Positions 62,092-64,000 of a DNA stretch of 64,000 bases are shown one piece after another (the first letter of the stretch is position 1; every line of letters begins with the position of its first letter). The notes below the pieces were generated by a model, which worked only from the letters and a program-made list of their open reading frames with translations, did not search any database and was not told the DNA's origin. The position numbers and the translations under genes were made by a program. Source of the DNA: an uncultured Nitrososphaeraceae archaeon (GTDB lineage: Archaea > Thermoproteota > Nitrososphaeria > Nitrososphaerales > Nitrososphaeraceae); contig CAVSMN010000014.1 of assembly GCA_963729045.1 (NCBI GenBank), positions 60,338 to 124,337 of the forward strand, given 5' to 3'.

Positions 62092-62886
62092 ATGAAACCA
62101 TCTTTTGATTTCCAACTTGTACGATAGAAAAAATAAAATTTGAAGGGACTGACGTAATGTCTTTTAGGTTTAATCAGATTCTTAATAAATTAGAAAAATA
62201 TCAAACACCCCATTTATTTGAGTATACTGCAGGTCAATATGCCTATTTTAATTTAGATAATGTTGTAAGAGACTAAAAAGTGTCCAGTTAGTACATTCTC
62301 CACTATTTCTTCATCCCCTACAGAGAATTTTATGATGCTAAGTACCAAAATAAGAGATTCGCCATACAAACAGAGACTTTCAACCTTAGAAGTGGGAGAT
62401 AAGGTTAACGTGAGTGGACCTGAAGGTGAATTTGTTTTACCTGAAGATTATTCAAAACCTATAATATTTTTGTCTGGAGGTATAGGGGTAACACCATTTC
62501 GAAGTATGATAAATTACGCGACAGACAAACAGCTACCATTAAAAATAATAATGTTTGATTGAAACAAGAATGAGCAAAATATACTCTTTAAGAAAGAGTT
62601 TGATGACTGGACATCTTTAAATAAAAATATACAAATAATCTATACCCTTAGTGACGATAACTTTCAAAGGAATAACGTTTCTGGCACCGAGGAATGGAAA
62701 GGAGAGAAAGGCAGAATACATATAAGTAAATGATTTTAAAATATGTTGATAACAATATGTTGAATAATTCAATATTCTAGTGTAAGTGGCCCTCCAGATA
62801 TGCTGAAGTCGATGCAATCACTACTAGAAAAAGAATTGGAAATTCCGAAAGAAAGAATAAAGGTTGAGGAGTTTACAGGGTATTAA
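62092..62886 (+). pseudogene. FAD/NAD(P)-binding oxidoreductase (FNR-like) pseudogene
   Basis: EYTAGQY, GPEGEF, LSGGIGVTPFRSM, GPPDM, C-terminal EEFTGY; interrupted by stops (for example TGA at 62560) and frameshifts. Confidence 0.8.
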
Positions 62887-63117
62887 TCAAACCTGCTTGT
62901 AATGTCATCTCAACTATTATATTTGATTATTTGACGTTAATAATACTTAATATTTTCGAATCAATATGATTTTCTGACTTTCATATCAATTGACCAAACA
63001 GTGTTACAATAAACCCAACTAAAAACTGCTGCCTAACTTTATTTTGGTACCCTCTTTTTATGAAATATTTTTATAGTATTCTTATTACATTTACAAAAGT
63101 TATGATAACAACATCAG

Positions 63118-63324
63118 ATGTTTGCCAAAAATCTCCCACAGCCGTTACTACACACCCCCAATTTGGAAAATAACACAAATGATAGAAATCATGACGCCGT
63201 TTGTAATACTGTAGACTGTATATTCAAACCAATCTCAAGATGCTCCATATGCTCAAAATATTATTGTTATTTGCATGCTAACAAACATACTCACTCGATG
63301 GATAATTTTGAAATCCTAAAATAA
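63118..63324 (+). CDS. Small Cys/His zinc-finger protein (paralog of 2214..2426)
   Basis: CNTVDC..KPISRCSICSKYYCYLH...HSMDNFEILK. Confidence 0.7.
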   Translation: MFAKNLPQPLLHTPNLENNTNDRNHDAVCNTVDCIFKPISRCSICSKYYCYLHANKHTHSMDNFEILK

Positions 63325-63571
63325 TTTCTATTTATACATTTGTCGGATATTGCCAACCAAACAAAATCAATACATTCTATGGGAAATTGTTAGCATATAC
63401 GATTTATAACCTGAATGAATTTTGAGATATCCTATAGATACTTTTTTTGTAAACTATGACCGCGCCAAGACCGTAATGCTTGGTTATGGCTTAATAGATT
63501 TTTTGAATTACAATGGGTCTGAGTCTTATAAATAGAGTAATAACCCAGTTGACATACATCTGGACAACTGA

Positions 63572-64000
63572 TTAATTTTTTAGTACCGACTTTAGCTTTG
63601 ACATCCTAAAAGGTATCGCGAGGACATCCTTATCCTATATTCCTGCAGTTTTTAAGCATTCTTGTTGTAAATTTTCTTTTGGACTTGTTGTTATCAATAC
63701 CAGTTTTTGGTCAGGTTTTTGTGAGCGGATTTTTTTAGCAACATCAAGACCAGAGGGATTTAGCAAATTTGTATCCAACACTATAGCGTCATATGGCCTC
63801 TCATTCTCTTCACTAATAACGAATTGCTCTATAGCTTCGTGTCCACTGCTAGCTGTTTCTATCTTCATACCTAATGAAGACAGATACTCTCTAAATAGCG
63901 TAAGTAAATCACTTTCAGACTCTGCAATTAAAATTTGTAGTTGCTCTTTTACTTTATTTAGCGAATGAGCATCTTCTAATTGCTTATCTTGAAGGATATC
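63572..64000 (-). pseudogene. Response-regulator receiver domain with internal TAG; 5' end beyond window
   Basis: LQILIAESESDLL...YDAIVLDTNL..SGLDVAKKIR; after TAG (63635-63637) the same frame continues DKDVLAIPFRMSKL to TAA. Confidence 0.7.

Larger units (their letters stand above)
54446..64000. mobile_element. Decayed tRNA-Lys-targeting integrated element (right end not seen)
   Basis: Integrase about 30 nt after the tRNA, followed by AbrB, wHTH and Rep-like fragments, DUF488 and pseudogenised cargo; no housekeeping genes after 54.4 kb. Confidence 0.65.

Noticed and set aside
63635..63637. In-frame TAG as pyrrolysine or readthrough
   Set aside because: No pyl genes in the window and neighbouring genes are decayed; a nonsense mutation is simpler.

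Overview
AT-rich archaeal chromosome segment. Gene content (proteasome beta subunit, archaeal ProRS, Rpo7/Spt4, L15e/L37e/S30e, F420 genes cofC/D/E, malonic-semialdehyde-reductase-type Fe-ADH, DUF6659, tRNAs with non-canonical BHB introns) indicates an ammonia-oxidising archaeon (Nitrososphaerota). It is probably Ca. Nitrosocosmicus-like (inference). Positions 1-54.4 kb are mostly housekeeping genes. They also hold RNA genes absent from the ORF track: tRNA-Arg(CCT), RNase P RNA, two C/D-box sRNAs, a candidate structured RNA and tRNA-Lys(CTT). After tRNA-Lys a fragmented tyrosine integrase starts a decayed integrated element that runs to the window end. The best candidate for an undescribed system is at 24.5-26.8 kb: a YcaO-TfuA pair (thioamide-forming type) divergent from a 62-aa NHLP/Os1348-like peptide, in a lineage without methyl-coenzyme M reductase, so its substrate is unknown. 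Other highlights are a secreted Q/N-rich three-repeat protein, an arcadin-1-like protein and several unlisted Cys-rich microproteins. Many genes are split by single-base indels, several in homopolymers. These could be assembly errors, so split versus pseudogene calls need read-level checking. All family assignments come from motif recognition; no database searches were run.
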